Source of the DNA: Polyangiaceae bacterium
GTDB taxonomy: Bacteria > Myxococcota_A > Polyangia > Polyangiales > Polyangiaceae
Assembly: GCA_050287085.1 (NCBI GenBank)
Contig: JBNKBE010000030.1
Location: forward strand, 1-60,371
Direction: 5' to 3'
DNA: 60,371 nucleotides
The position numbers were made by a program, and so were the translations under genes. Positions 47,046 to 59,654 of this stretch are shown here, in pieces. The stretch's first letter is position 1. The number at the start of each line of letters is the position of its first letter. The notes beneath the pieces were generated by a model, which saw only the letters and a list, made by a program, of their open reading frames with translations, ran no database searches and was not told the origin of the DNA.

Positions 47046-48543
47046 GGGCGGCCTCCTCGGCGCTGTCGGTCCGAGCGGTGTTGCGACCGAGGCGCGTGAT
47101 CTCGGCGATCTCCACGAGGTCGAGGAGCGCAGTGATCGATGCGTTGCCCGCGGGTTGCCACGGCTCCCTCACGCCCGCTTTGGCGAGCGGCCCCTTCGCC
47201 TCTTGCGGCAGCTCAGCGAACGCCAGCTCCGAGAGCGCGCGACCACGCGATAGCTGCTCGACCAGGTACCGAAGCTGCGAGCGCGGCGCGTGCGTGAGTT
47301 GTTGAGCGCCGCGCACCAGCCCTTGCAGCGAGTCGACCCGATGCTCGCCGAGCACATCGACCGGCCGCTGCGAGAGCACGCGCAGCTCGCTCTCGCTGCC
47401 GCGCAGCCAGTCGCGCCGACGCACCTTCACGGGGTCATCGACCCACGCCGTGCTGAAGACGGCCCAGTCGACGACGGAGCGCTTCGGTTCGCCCTCCGAG
47501 AGCCCACGGAAGCGGCGCTTCGCGGAAGCTGCGAGCTGCTCGGCGACCTCGTGCAGCCGATGGATGGGGATGGTGTGCTTGGCGAAGACCACGCCAACGC
47601 CGAGGGTCAGCTTGAAGCGATTGCTGTCCGTCTGGAGCGTCTCGAGCTCTGCGCAGAGGGTGACGACGAAGGGCAGCGCGATCTCTGCGCGGGCCACGAG
47701 CAAGAGGTCATCGCCGCCGAGCATCAGCGGGATGAGCGGCGCTCGGCCGGTGTCGGGGCAGTGCGTGTTGATGGCCTTCTGTACGGCGCACCGGAGGAGC
47801 ACGCGGTTCCTATGAAAGAACGCGGCACGCTCGCTGTCGCTCCCATCCTTCCCGACGCCGCTGCCGACGCCGTTGCCGTCGGCGTGGATAAGCGCGAGGT
47901 AGCCGTCGCCCACCAGCTCCTTCAGTTCTCGGGGGCGTTCGAGTGTCCGGAGCTTCGTTTCCGCGCTCAGTAGACTCGCGAGGTCTTTGGCCTCACCTCC
48001 TTTGGCGCGCCGCTCGGCATTGTGCCGATGCGCCACGTCGAGAGAGACGGAAGGGGAGTCATCGCCCTGTTCGACAATGGCCGACGCGAGCCCGCGCCCG
48101 GTCCACTCGCAGGGTGCGAGCACCGGCAGCTCGGTCGAGACATGCGCCTGGCTCTTTGCGCACGGTTTGCCGCCGATGGAGACGCGGAAGCGTAGGCCCG
48201 GGAGGGTCTCTCGCAGGAGCTGCCCGGCCTCCCTTACGAAAGTGTCGGCACCTGTTCCAAACTGCGCCTCGAAGTGCCCGCCGTCGCGCGAGAGAATGCC
48301 GTCCCTCGCGTCAGCGGCGGGATCGTCGTGGTCTTTCAGAGGATCGCTGTCGCAGGTACGCGGGAACGTCTCGTCGCTCGGGCTGAGCGTCCAACCGCGC
48401 CCGGTCTCGCGTGCAAGCTTCGGCAGTGCAACGCGCAGTGTTTCGCCGAGGAGCGCGTTCGCTCCGACCATCGCTCGCAGGCGCGGCACCGCGAAGAGCC
48501 ATGTCTGGACGCGCTGGAACTCGATATGAACACGCGGTGTCAT
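47038..48543 (-). CDS. cas10: Minimal Cas10 (no HD domain, intact Palm2 GGDD)
   Basis: RVQTWLF..PRLRAMVGAN, GGHF, PCEWTG, LIHADGNGVG, PLMLGGDDLLLV, LGVGVVF..HTIP...AEQL..SAK, VDW; GGAGG RBS. Confidence 0.9.
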   Translation of the reverse strand: MTPRVHIEFQRVQTWLFAVPRLRAMVGANALLGETLRVALPKLARETGRGWTLSPSDETFPRTCDSDPLKDHDDPAADARDGILSRDGGHFEAQFGTGADTFVREAGQLLRETLPGLRFRVSIGGKPCAKSQAHVSTELPVLAPCEWTGRGLASAIVEQGDDSPSVSLDVAHRHNAERRAKGGEAKDLASLLSAETKLRTLERPRELKELVGDGYLALIHADGNGVGSGVGKDGSDSERAAFFHRNRVLLRCAVQKAINTHCPDTGRAPLIPLMLGGDDLLLVARAEIALPFVVTLCAELETLQTDSNRFKLTLGVGVVFAKHTIPIHRLHEVAEQLAASAKRRFRGLSEGEPKRSVVDWAVFSTAWVDDPVKVRRRDWLRGSESELRVLSQRPVDVLGEHRVDSLQGLVRGAQQLTHAPRSQLRYLVEQLSRGRALSELAFAELPQEAKGPLAKAGVREPWQPAGNASITALLDLVEIAEITRLGRNTARTDSAEEAAHV

Positions 48544-48582
48544 CTTCCTCCGTGAGGGAAAACGCTGGCATGGCGACGACCT

Positions 48583-48596
48583 GACAGCGAGCTGTC
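48583..48596. promoter_or_regulatory. Palindrome GACAGC-GA-GCTGTC 40 bp upstream of cas10; putative operator
   Basis: Perfect 6-bp inverted repeat in the cas10 upstream region; function inferred. Confidence 0.35.
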
Positions 48597-48988
48597 TGGA
48601 AACGGAACCAGACTTGGTCGTTGCATGGTTCGTTGATGCTTCGGATGTGCCAAGGAGGCGGATCCCAATGAATACGACATTCTGGCTCCCCCGGGGTGGC
48701 GCGTAGGAATCGTTCACCCTGGTGCCGACTACCCCCTTGTCGACAGCTGTGACGCGACCGTCAGAGGGAGACTACGCGGTGCGAGCTTGATGAACAATGA
48801 TGAGCAATCATCAATTCGGAAGCGGAAGCTGCTCCAGGCGGACTAGTTTCCTTCCGCGTTTCCAGGTCGACCGCAGAGCAGCGCCGGCACGACATCCCTC
48901 GGCAGGTAAGTCGCTCTGTCAGCCGCTCGCGGAGGTGGCAGCGTTCAGCCAGGGCGGGGGTTCCAAAATCGGGAGCGTCGAGTCTGGC

Positions 48989-50638
48989 TCATTCATCCGG
49001 AACGAACATGCCTAGTCCGAAGTGGGCGCCGTAACCCAGCGCGAGCGGGCCCCTCACAGGTTGTTCGAACACCACGCGGAAGCCGTAGCCTAGGTTGCTA
49101 CTCCGCGCCCCTCCGCCCTGTCGCGAGCGCAGGGTTTCAAACTCTAACCAACGCAGCGGTTGGTCTCGTACGTAGGTTTCGGCGATGGGATCGACGCGCA
49201 ATACGGCGGGATAACCTCCTTCGCGCAGCAGACGTCGCAGATCGTGCTCTGGGGAGCCGATCTGCAGACCACTTTCGTCCAGCTTCGGCGCTCCCGACCG
49301 AGTTGCCTTGGGATAACGCGTTGGAACAAAAGGCGTGCGAGAGCACCATGTGTCAGCTTCTACGAGTATCGAGCATTGCCCGGCGTCGGCGTTGAGGCCG
49401 GCAAAGTCTTCTCGATGCCCTAGTCCCAGCAGAATCAACTGAAGCTCGCGTGGAGCCTTCAGCTCACGCCCCTTCAGCTTCCTGAGCCGGGTGAGTGCTT
49501 GCCGCGCTCGCGGATCGAATCCCATTGGGGCAAAGAGTGTGATGTGGCTGATGGAGCGGCGAGTGCCGTTAACTTCAGGCAATACGTAGGCGTGTTGGTT
49601 GCCACGCAGGGGCCCGCCTGTAGCGTCTTTTCCGGCGAAGACTGGAGCTGCGTCAGAGAGACTCATCAGGCATCGGCGGGTCAATTCCGCAATCGGTAGA
49701 GCTTGTGTCAAGCGGGGCGGGACCTGACTTGCTACGGCAAAGCGCGCAACGGTGGGAAACGGGGGGCTCCCTGTAGTTGACGTTCGCAGCGGCGCTGGCG
49801 AGAGGGCGTCTGAGGGGCGAGTGTAGTCGAGCCAATGGGTGCCAGGGGCCGAGCTCCAACGTTGCTTGTACAGAGCTGTGGTATCCGCCTCGAGCGCATC
49901 GAGCAGCGTGCCGGGCAGGGCGTTGGCGACATCGTCCCTATCCTTTCTGCTCAGCTTTGCTGATTCCGGCGCCTTGCCCTTGGCTTCGAGTGCTCGACGT
50001 AGGTCTTCCAATTTGCGCGAGAGCAATTCCTCCATAGTGCTAGACTTCCAGGCGGCGACGGCTTGCGTCGAGAGGGGAGCTTGAAGCCGGATCAGTTCTT
50101 CGCCGGCGGCTGGTGTTTGCTTGGCGGCCAGCGGTCTGCAATTGGCAACGAAGGTCGGGGCGAGTTCAGCCTCGGGATTCTGTACTAGAGAGGCATGAGC
50201 CCAGGATTCCGCTCGTCCAAGGTAGGACAAGCGGTCTAGAAGCCTTGACAATGCCGCTTCCTGTTTCGGTAGCAGCGTCACTTTGGGCCATACAATAGCG
50301 AGGCACTCTTGTCGGGCCACGTGTACGAAGGCATCAAGGATCTTGGTTGTTGCTTCTCTGCCCTTGTCCAACTTGCCTAGGGGCATGTAGTGGCGGGAAT
50401 GGGAGGCTACCGCGGGAGGCAGCGAGTAGTGGGGCGTCTCCGAGTTCATAGACTCGAGCAGTTCCGCTAGCTGTTCGCGGTCGATTATGTCTTTGCCCTT
50501 GAGGTGCCAGGTTGCCACGAGTGCTCGCAGGAGTCGCCATGGACTTGGCGGCCATTCAACGGCTCCTTCGTTGACGTGCTGGCCCCAGGGGGTCGCGTGA
50601 TATCGCCCTGCTAGGAAGGTAAGCTCAATGGCCAGCAT
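48989..50638 (-). CDS. csb2: Type I-G Csb2 (Cas5-Cas6 fusion)
   Basis: GRYHATPW..EWPPSPWRL.RAL, YLGRAESW, HAYVLP, W.SRTPF, C-terminal Cas6 G-loop GPLALGYGAHFGLGMF. Confidence 0.93.
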   Translation of the reverse strand: MLAIELTFLAGRYHATPWGQHVNEGAVEWPPSPWRLLRALVATWHLKGKDIIDREQLAELLESMNSETPHYSLPPAVASHSRHYMPLGKLDKGREATTKILDAFVHVARQECLAIVWPKVTLLPKQEAALSRLLDRLSYLGRAESWAHASLVQNPEAELAPTFVANCRPLAAKQTPAAGEELIRLQAPLSTQAVAAWKSSTMEELLSRKLEDLRRALEAKGKAPESAKLSRKDRDDVANALPGTLLDALEADTTALYKQRWSSAPGTHWLDYTRPSDALSPAPLRTSTTGSPPFPTVARFAVASQVPPRLTQALPIAELTRRCLMSLSDAAPVFAGKDATGGPLRGNQHAYVLPEVNGTRRSISHITLFAPMGFDPRARQALTRLRKLKGRELKAPRELQLILLGLGHREDFAGLNADAGQCSILVEADTWCSRTPFVPTRYPKATRSGAPKLDESGLQIGSPEHDLRRLLREGGYPAVLRVDPIAETYVRDQPLRWLEFETLRSRQGGGARSSNLGYGFRVVFEQPVRGPLALGYGAHFGLGMFVPDE

Positions 50639-50641
50639 GGC

Positions 50642-53776
<3,135 letters not shown>

Positions 53777-53784
<8 letters not shown>

Positions 53785-56242
53785 CGTAGCCACCCGCTTG
53801 TTCCGTACGACTTGCTCGCCAGTCCGCGACTCGCACCAGCATTTCCAGCAAGGCGAGCCGGAAGGGACCGAGATCGGGTGCGTCCCGCAGAGAAAGCGTG
53901 CGTTCGAGCCAGCTACCAGAGCCGAGACGCATGACCGATAGGTCGAGAGCTACGTTTTCCAACGAACGCTCATCAGCCAATTCCAGCGCCAACAAGGTAT
54001 CACCGTCCCACACGCCGCGCGCAAACAGGCGGTCCTGCTCTGCCGGTGCGGCCTCGCCCGGGAGCGCCCGAATTGACAGGCGAACTTTCCCATGATGAGC
54101 GGCGACCAAATAGGCAACCAGGTTTCGAAATCGCTCGCTGGGGGCTGAGCCCTGAGTGAGCCAAGCGAGTGCAGACGCCAGTTCATGGCGGAAATAGGGG
54201 CGTGTAGCTGTCGAGCGAAATTGATGATTGGACTTTGCCCACGGTCCAGGGCCCACGGGCTGGGCCGAGGGAAGCTCAGCCACGGGTGAAAGCAGCTTAT
54301 CCTGAAACGCCGGGTGAGCCTTGCCTACGTCGTGCCAGAGCCCGGCGGTGCGTAGAGCATCGGTGAAGTCGTCAAGATGAAGTGCGCGGCCTACGCGCTC
54401 CGCTTCATCACGCACGTGCCCCAGATGATCGCTTAGCCGCACCCACCTCCCACCGAGGAATTGGCTCGCCGGATCGTCGTCGTAGGTGCTTTCGCCGGGT
54501 CGGGTCGGGTCGTCGGGGGCGGTCGGTGGGGTAGGTTGTTTGAGGCCAACTTCTCCGGTCCAGCCCAAGTCAGGATCATAACCACCCGCAGTCGGGTGGA
54601 GCAGTAGTACTTGCCCAGCACGAAGCGCGCTTTCGCGTTGCCACACCTTCTCCAAAGGGTTCCAGCGCCACGCTCCAAGGGGTGTATTGCGAGCTTTGTC
54701 TTTCCGGTATCTTTGATCTAGTTTGGTTGCGAATTGTCGCGCCGAGTGAACGGATACTCGGCACAGTTCGTCGCGCTGGGGAGGCGGAAGGGTTCCATCG
54801 GGCTCGCTTTCAAAATGGCGCCAGTAGAACTGCACATCGGTATCGTTTGCATCCCTTACGTAGCGCGATACGTCGATGTCGTCTCCCGATAGATCAGCCG
54901 TGGTATCGAATAGTTCGAGCAGATCTCGACGTCGCAGTACCGGGCGTACAACTTCCGCGGGATGATATTGGAGCCCTTGAAGAGCCTGAGGACCAGCGTC
55001 GCGCGCGGTCTCGTCCAGCTCGCTCAGAAGACGTCGTGACTGGGTGAGCTCCGCTGCGTCGTACGGAAGTGTGGTGTCTGCTTTGGGGTCATCCGACTGG
55101 ATATCGATCCAGAATACCGCAGCCTCCTCTTCGCCGTATCGATTGCAGCGACCGAAGCGCTGGACCAGTGACGACCAGGGAGCCAGCTCCGTAAATAGTG
55201 TTCGACTGGATACGTCAACGCCAGCCTCCAAAGCCTGTGTTGCGACCACGATACGTGGCCGGCTTCGTTCAAGCAGTAGCTGCTCGTGTCGACTGCGATC
55301 GAGCCTGCGGAAGCGGGAGTGAACTAGCGCCACGTCGTCGGAAGTGACGCCATCGAGCTCTTGCAATGCCTGATAGAGGGCTTGGGCGCGTTGCACGCGA
55401 TTGACGATGACGAGTGTGAGGCCTCCGCGGGTGTCGTGTTCCACCGCGACGCGTGCTGCGAGCTTTCGGGCGTAGCTGTGCACTTCTGTGGACGAGTTCA
55501 ATACTACGTCGTCCAGCTCTTGAATGGGCTTCTTTGCCCCAACACGCGCTTGTACGAGCGAGCTAGATAGATCTTCGCTTTCGAGCCTACTCTTGAGCCA
55601 ACCGTTCGTCGGTCTCGGATGGTCAACGGTGCGCAGCTGGGCATCCCCAAGGGTGGCGCTCATCCACAACGAATGAACACCTCCAAGCACTCCGAGCTTC
55701 GTTCGTAGGCCTTGAAGCTGAGCGCTGGTCTCGATTGCAACCCCCATCAACTGTGTTTCGTCGAAGATCCAGAAGCTGTTGTTGTTGAGCAATGCGAAGT
55801 GAACTGGCCACATATAGCGACTCATGGCAAAGCCACGATTCAATGCGCGAGACAGCAACATATCTTGCGTTCCGACGATAATTGCGGAGTGCTCAGGGTT
55901 GTGTTGCCATTCCTCGTCCACATCGCCGCCCATTAGGACGTGCACTGTTGGAGCCGGCAGGTCGCGTTGCTCGAAGAGCGGGGCTGCCGCCTCGCACCAG
56001 TTGGTGGCTACCTGCGCTGTCTGATGAACCAGCACGCGCATGGGGAGGCAGTAGATCAGACGTAGTCCGGTGGTTGGATCTCCGCCAAGTCGCTTGTAGA
56101 GCCACGCGACGATGGCGGCTGCCGTCTTGCCTAGGCCGGTTGGAATGTCGAGCAATGTGGGCCACGGCTCTGTGCCCAGGCGGGCCTGATACGGAAAAGG
56201 GGCTCGACCCGTCACCGTCTCAAAAAACTTGTCGTAGTTCAT
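53777..56242 (-). CDS. cas3: Type I-G Cas3 (SF2 helicase with C-terminal HD nuclease)
   Basis: PTGLGKT, DETQ, MSAT, HSRFR, ATQALEAGVD, QRFGRCNR; C-terminal LSDHL, WHDVGK, RHELAS, HHGK, ADWRAS. Confidence 0.95.
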
Positions 56243-56321
56243 GTAGTCCCGGGCTTGTATCTATTGAGAGCTCGATTCCGAACGCGGGTTGGGGAGCCAG
56301 GAGGTGTCATAGTGCGAACCA

Positions 56322-56338
56322 TTGACATCCGAGGTCAT
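56322..56338. promoter_or_regulatory. Putative operator TTGACATCCGAGGTCAT (TGAC-N7-GTCA) upstream of cas3
   Basis: Palindromic half-sites; 14/17 identical copy upstream of cas4-cas1. Confidence 0.55.
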
Positions 56339-56385
56339 GGGCAGCAGCGCGAGTGATTGAGCTCATGGAGCGCCTGTGTTGGAGG

Positions 56386-57477
56386 TCAACGACGAGCATC
56401 GTCGGGCGTCGACGCGTACTGCTGAAGCCCTGCTTGGTGCAGCGCGCGCACGCACTCTACCAAGCTCGGGGGCGCGACGGCGCGGGCCTTGCCACCGAAG
56501 CCCGCAAGCCAGGCCGCAACCTCAGGCATACCACCCACGTGCATGGTGAGGCGCGCACCTCCTCCCGCAAGGGCAGTGACGTCGGCGGTGGGGTGCCACT
56601 CTCGCTCATTGGCAATGTGAGCGACCTCCGCGTCGAAGTCGATGACCACTGTTTGAGCCGCACCGTGCAGGACTCCGAAGCCGGCCCCGGTATATTGCTC
56701 CGGGTGGAACTCAGCGCGTCGTTCGAAGGACTCATCCAGAAGCTGCACTTTCTGAATTCTCTGGACCGCAAAGGTGCGAAACGCTTGGGCCAGGCGGCAA
56801 TAGGCCACCAGGTATGCGCGTCCGGCATGAAACCACAATAGATGTGGCTCTACCTGGCGTGTTGTTGCGTCCTGCAGGGGCGCCGCGTAGACGACTTGCA
56901 GTACCTGCTCTACCGCGCAAGCCTCCTCTAGTAGATCGATCGTGGCTGAGTGAGTGCGCAGCTTTGCCGGGGCGGGCAGCGTGGCGCGGATAGCGCTGCG
57001 CATGTCACGGATCCAAGCACGCCCCGCGTCGGTCAGCTGCGCCGTCAGTCTGGTGCGTAGTTGACGATGCTCGCGAACGAAACCTGTCTCACCCAGGCCC
57101 GGCAGCAGATCTTCCGTGACCAGCAGCGTCAGGACCTCGGAGGGGCGTAGCGCGGCCAGCGCTCCGCTGGGGCTTGCGTCGCGCCGCCAGTAGAAGCGAC
57201 CGCCTTCTGAGTAGATGGGAAATCCAGCGGCGGGAAGCTGCTCAAGATCTCGATAGAGGGTACGGAGCGTGCACTCGCCTTCCAGGAGGTCTAGAAGTTG
57301 CTGAACCGTGAGGCCAAAACGCGATGACTCCAAGGCGCGTAGCAGCGCAATCTGTCGTCGCAGCTGTCGGCCTCGCCCAGAATCGCCGTGACGCAACGAC
57401 TTGGGGCGTGAGGAACGTGGCTGCGAGCTGTCAGCAACACGCAAGACGCGACCTGAGTTGTTGTTCTCTCTTCCCAC
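56386..57477 (-). CDS. WYL-domain transcriptional regulator (wHTH-WYL-WCX)
   Basis: RTLYRDLEQL (HTH), RQVEPHLL..YLVAYC..FRTFAVQRI (WYL), WLAGFG..VAPPSL (WCX). Start uncertain. Confidence 0.9.
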   Translation of the reverse strand: MGRENNNSGRVLRVADSSQPRSSRPKSLRHGDSGRGRQLRRQIALLRALESSRFGLTVQQLLDLLEGECTLRTLYRDLEQLPAAGFPIYSEGGRFYWRRDASPSGALAALRPSEVLTLLVTEDLLPGLGETGFVREHRQLRTRLTAQLTDAGRAWIRDMRSAIRATLPAPAKLRTHSATIDLLEEACAVEQVLQVVYAAPLQDATTRQVEPHLLWFHAGRAYLVAYCRLAQAFRTFAVQRIQKVQLLDESFERRAEFHPEQYTGAGFGVLHGAAQTVVIDFDAEVAHIANEREWHPTADVTALAGGGARLTMHVGGMPEVAAWLAGFGGKARAVAPPSLVECVRALHQAGLQQYASTPDDARR

Positions 57478-57832
57478 TGGTAGTTGAACCGTGGCGCATG
57501 CGCCGGTCTCAAGTCAACAGCGCCGTTGCACTGGAGGCCAGAGCGGATGTTGCCACAACGTTTGTTCCCAAGTGAGGCATCGACCTAGTGCTGTCGGATT
57601 ACAGAGCACCTCGTGAAGTAGTGGCTCAGTGCCAGAGGTTGCGTTCGCGGCACTTCTTAATGAAGTGACTGTTTGACGTCGGGGCACATTTTCACGTGTT
57701 GCTGGAGCCAGCAGAAGGCTCTGATGAATTCATCGGATCCGAATTCATACCCTGGAGAACGACCATAGGAATTAGAACGCCCTGCGAATGTTCAGTAGCG
57801 GGGGACGACGGACCAGAGCGTATCCTAGGTTG

Positions 57833-57849
57833 TTGTCATCGGAGGTCAC
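57833..57849. promoter_or_regulatory. Putative operator TTGTCATCGGAGGTCAC upstream of cas4-cas1
   Basis: 14/17 identity to the cas3-upstream site, at a similar distance (about 80 bp) from the start codon. Confidence 0.55.
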
Positions 57850-57927
57850 GAGATTGGGCGATTGTGCTTCTTGTCGTGACTGGCGGGCGGCTGTTGATAT
57901 TGCTGCGATGCCCGTCACACTGACGGC

Positions 57928-59652
57928 ATGGAGCAAGCCAAGCGCAGTCCGACACTTCGAGATGACAGCTCTCTGAAGCGGGCAAAATCGCTACCGCTTG
58001 GCGAAGCCCCTATGGTCCCGGCTCGCATGGTCAACGAAGTACTGTATTGCGAGCGCTTGATGGTACTGGAGTGGATTCAGGGGGAGTGGGCCAGCAATGC
58101 CTTCACAAGTGACGGCGTTCGCGTGCACAAGCGGGTGGACGCAGGCGGGGGCAAGCTTGCTAGCGTCGACGAAGAATACCAGGCACGCTCCGTAGAGCTT
58201 TCTTCTGAGACCCTTGGGGTAACGGCAAAGCTTGACTACGTAGAGGTGAGAGCCGGGGAGGTCATAGCCGTCGAGTACAAGCGCGGAAAGCACCCCAACG
58301 TTCCTGAAGGGGCATATCTTCCGGAGCGCGCGCAGCTGTGTGCGCAAGTATTGCTGCTGCGTGAGCACGGATATGTCTGCGACCAAGCTGCGATCTACTT
58401 CGCAGCGGAGCGCAAGCGCGTGCCCATCACCATTGACGACGAGCTGATTGCAACCACAAGAGGAGCCATTGATCGGGCGAAGGAACTCGCACGCGTCCGG
58501 ACGTTGCCACCTCCGTTGGTGGATAGCCCGAAGTGTGGCGGATGTTCCCTGAACGGCATTTGCCTGCCTGACGAGATCAATCATCTTGTCTCGACACCAG
58601 CTGCTCCAGGTCGGCATGGGTCGCCGGTACGGCGACTACAGTCGGCGGTAGACCATCGAGTTCCGATCTACGTGACGGCGCAGGGCGCGCGAGTTGGAGT
58701 GAGTGGGAAGGTACTCACGGTCAATACTCGTGAGGAAACGATAGAAAAAGGGCTGCCGCACATCGCTCATTTGGCGCTGTTTGGTAACGTCCAGATGAGC
58801 GCGCAGGTGACGCGTGCTCTGTTGCAGAGCAACGTGCCCATTCATCACTTCACATATGGAGGTTGGTGGGTCGGCGCAACTTTGGGCGCGGATAGTCGGA
58901 ACGTGCAGCTGCGTGCAGCGCAATACGCGGCACATCAGGATAGAAGGACTTGCTCACGGTTGGCTGCGACGTGGGTGCGTACGAAGATTCTGAATAGTCG
59001 GACCTTGTTGCGGCGCAATCTGCGACAGCCGCAGCCTCAGGTATTAAAGGAGCTAAAGCACCTGGCTGCGAAGTGCGAACCGGACCTTCCTCCAGAGAGT
59101 CTCCTCGGGATTGAAGGAACGGCGGCCCGTCTTTACTTCGGCGCTCTTCCAAAGATGTTCACAAAGGAGAAAGCGGGTCAGGGCTTTACTTTGGAAGGCC
59201 GCAATCGGCGTCCGCCACGTGACCGCGTCAACGCTCTGTTGTCTCTTTCCTACTCGTTGCTGACGAAAGACGTGCTGATAGCGGTGAGGGCGGCGGGGTT
59301 AGATCCGCTCATTGGCTTCTATCACACTGCGCAGTTTGGGCGTCCGTCGCTAGCGTTGGATCTGATGGAGGAGTTTCGCCCGATCATAGGAGATTCGGTG
59401 GTCATTTCCGCAATCAACAACGGGGAAGTACAAGAGGACGACTTTGTGTGTGCGGCTGGTGCGGTTGCGCTTAGCAGTGCGGGACGCCGGGCGTTCATCA
59501 AGTGCTATGAGCGACGGCTGCAGCAGGAAGTGGCGCATCCGATCTTTGGCTACACGATGTCGTACAGAAGGGTACTAGAAGTACAAGCGCGACTACTCAG
59601 CCGCGTACTGCTTGGTGAGCTGCCTGAGTATCCAGGCTTTCGGACGCGTTAG
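57928..59652 (+). CDS. cas1: Cas4-Cas1 fusion
   Basis: Cas4: YCERL, LDYVE, VEYKRG, QLCAQ, KCGGCSLNGIC. Cas1: FGNVQ, GIEGTAARLYF, RNRRPPRD.VNALLS, GFYH, LALDLMEEFRP. Confidence 0.96.
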   Translation: MEQAKRSPTLRDDSSLKRAKSLPLGEAPMVPARMVNEVLYCERLMVLEWIQGEWASNAFTSDGVRVHKRVDAGGGKLASVDEEYQARSVELSSETLGVTAKLDYVEVRAGEVIAVEYKRGKHPNVPEGAYLPERAQLCAQVLLLREHGYVCDQAAIYFAAERKRVPITIDDELIATTRGAIDRAKELARVRTLPPPLVDSPKCGGCSLNGICLPDEINHLVSTPAAPGRHGSPVRRLQSAVDHRVPIYVTAQGARVGVSGKVLTVNTREETIEKGLPHIAHLALFGNVQMSAQVTRALLQSNVPIHHFTYGGWWVGATLGADSRNVQLRAAQYAAHQDRRTCSRLAATWVRTKILNSRTLLRRNLRQPQPQVLKELKHLAAKCEPDLPPESLLGIEGTAARLYFGALPKMFTKEKAGQGFTLEGRNRRPPRDRVNALLSLSYSLLTKDVLIAVRAAGLDPLIGFYHTAQFGRPSLALDLMEEFRPIIGDSVVISAINNGEVQEDDFVCAAGAVALSSAGRRAFIKCYERRLQQEVAHPIFGYTMSYRRVLEVQARLLSRVLLGELPEYPGFRTR

Positions 59653-59654
59653 GC

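Noticed and set aside
57726..57746. GAATTC-ATC-GGATCC-GAATTC resembling an EcoRI/BamHI polylinker
   Set aside because: The flanks are continuous native-looking cas promoter sequence with no vector features. It is more likely chance or a natural palindrome.
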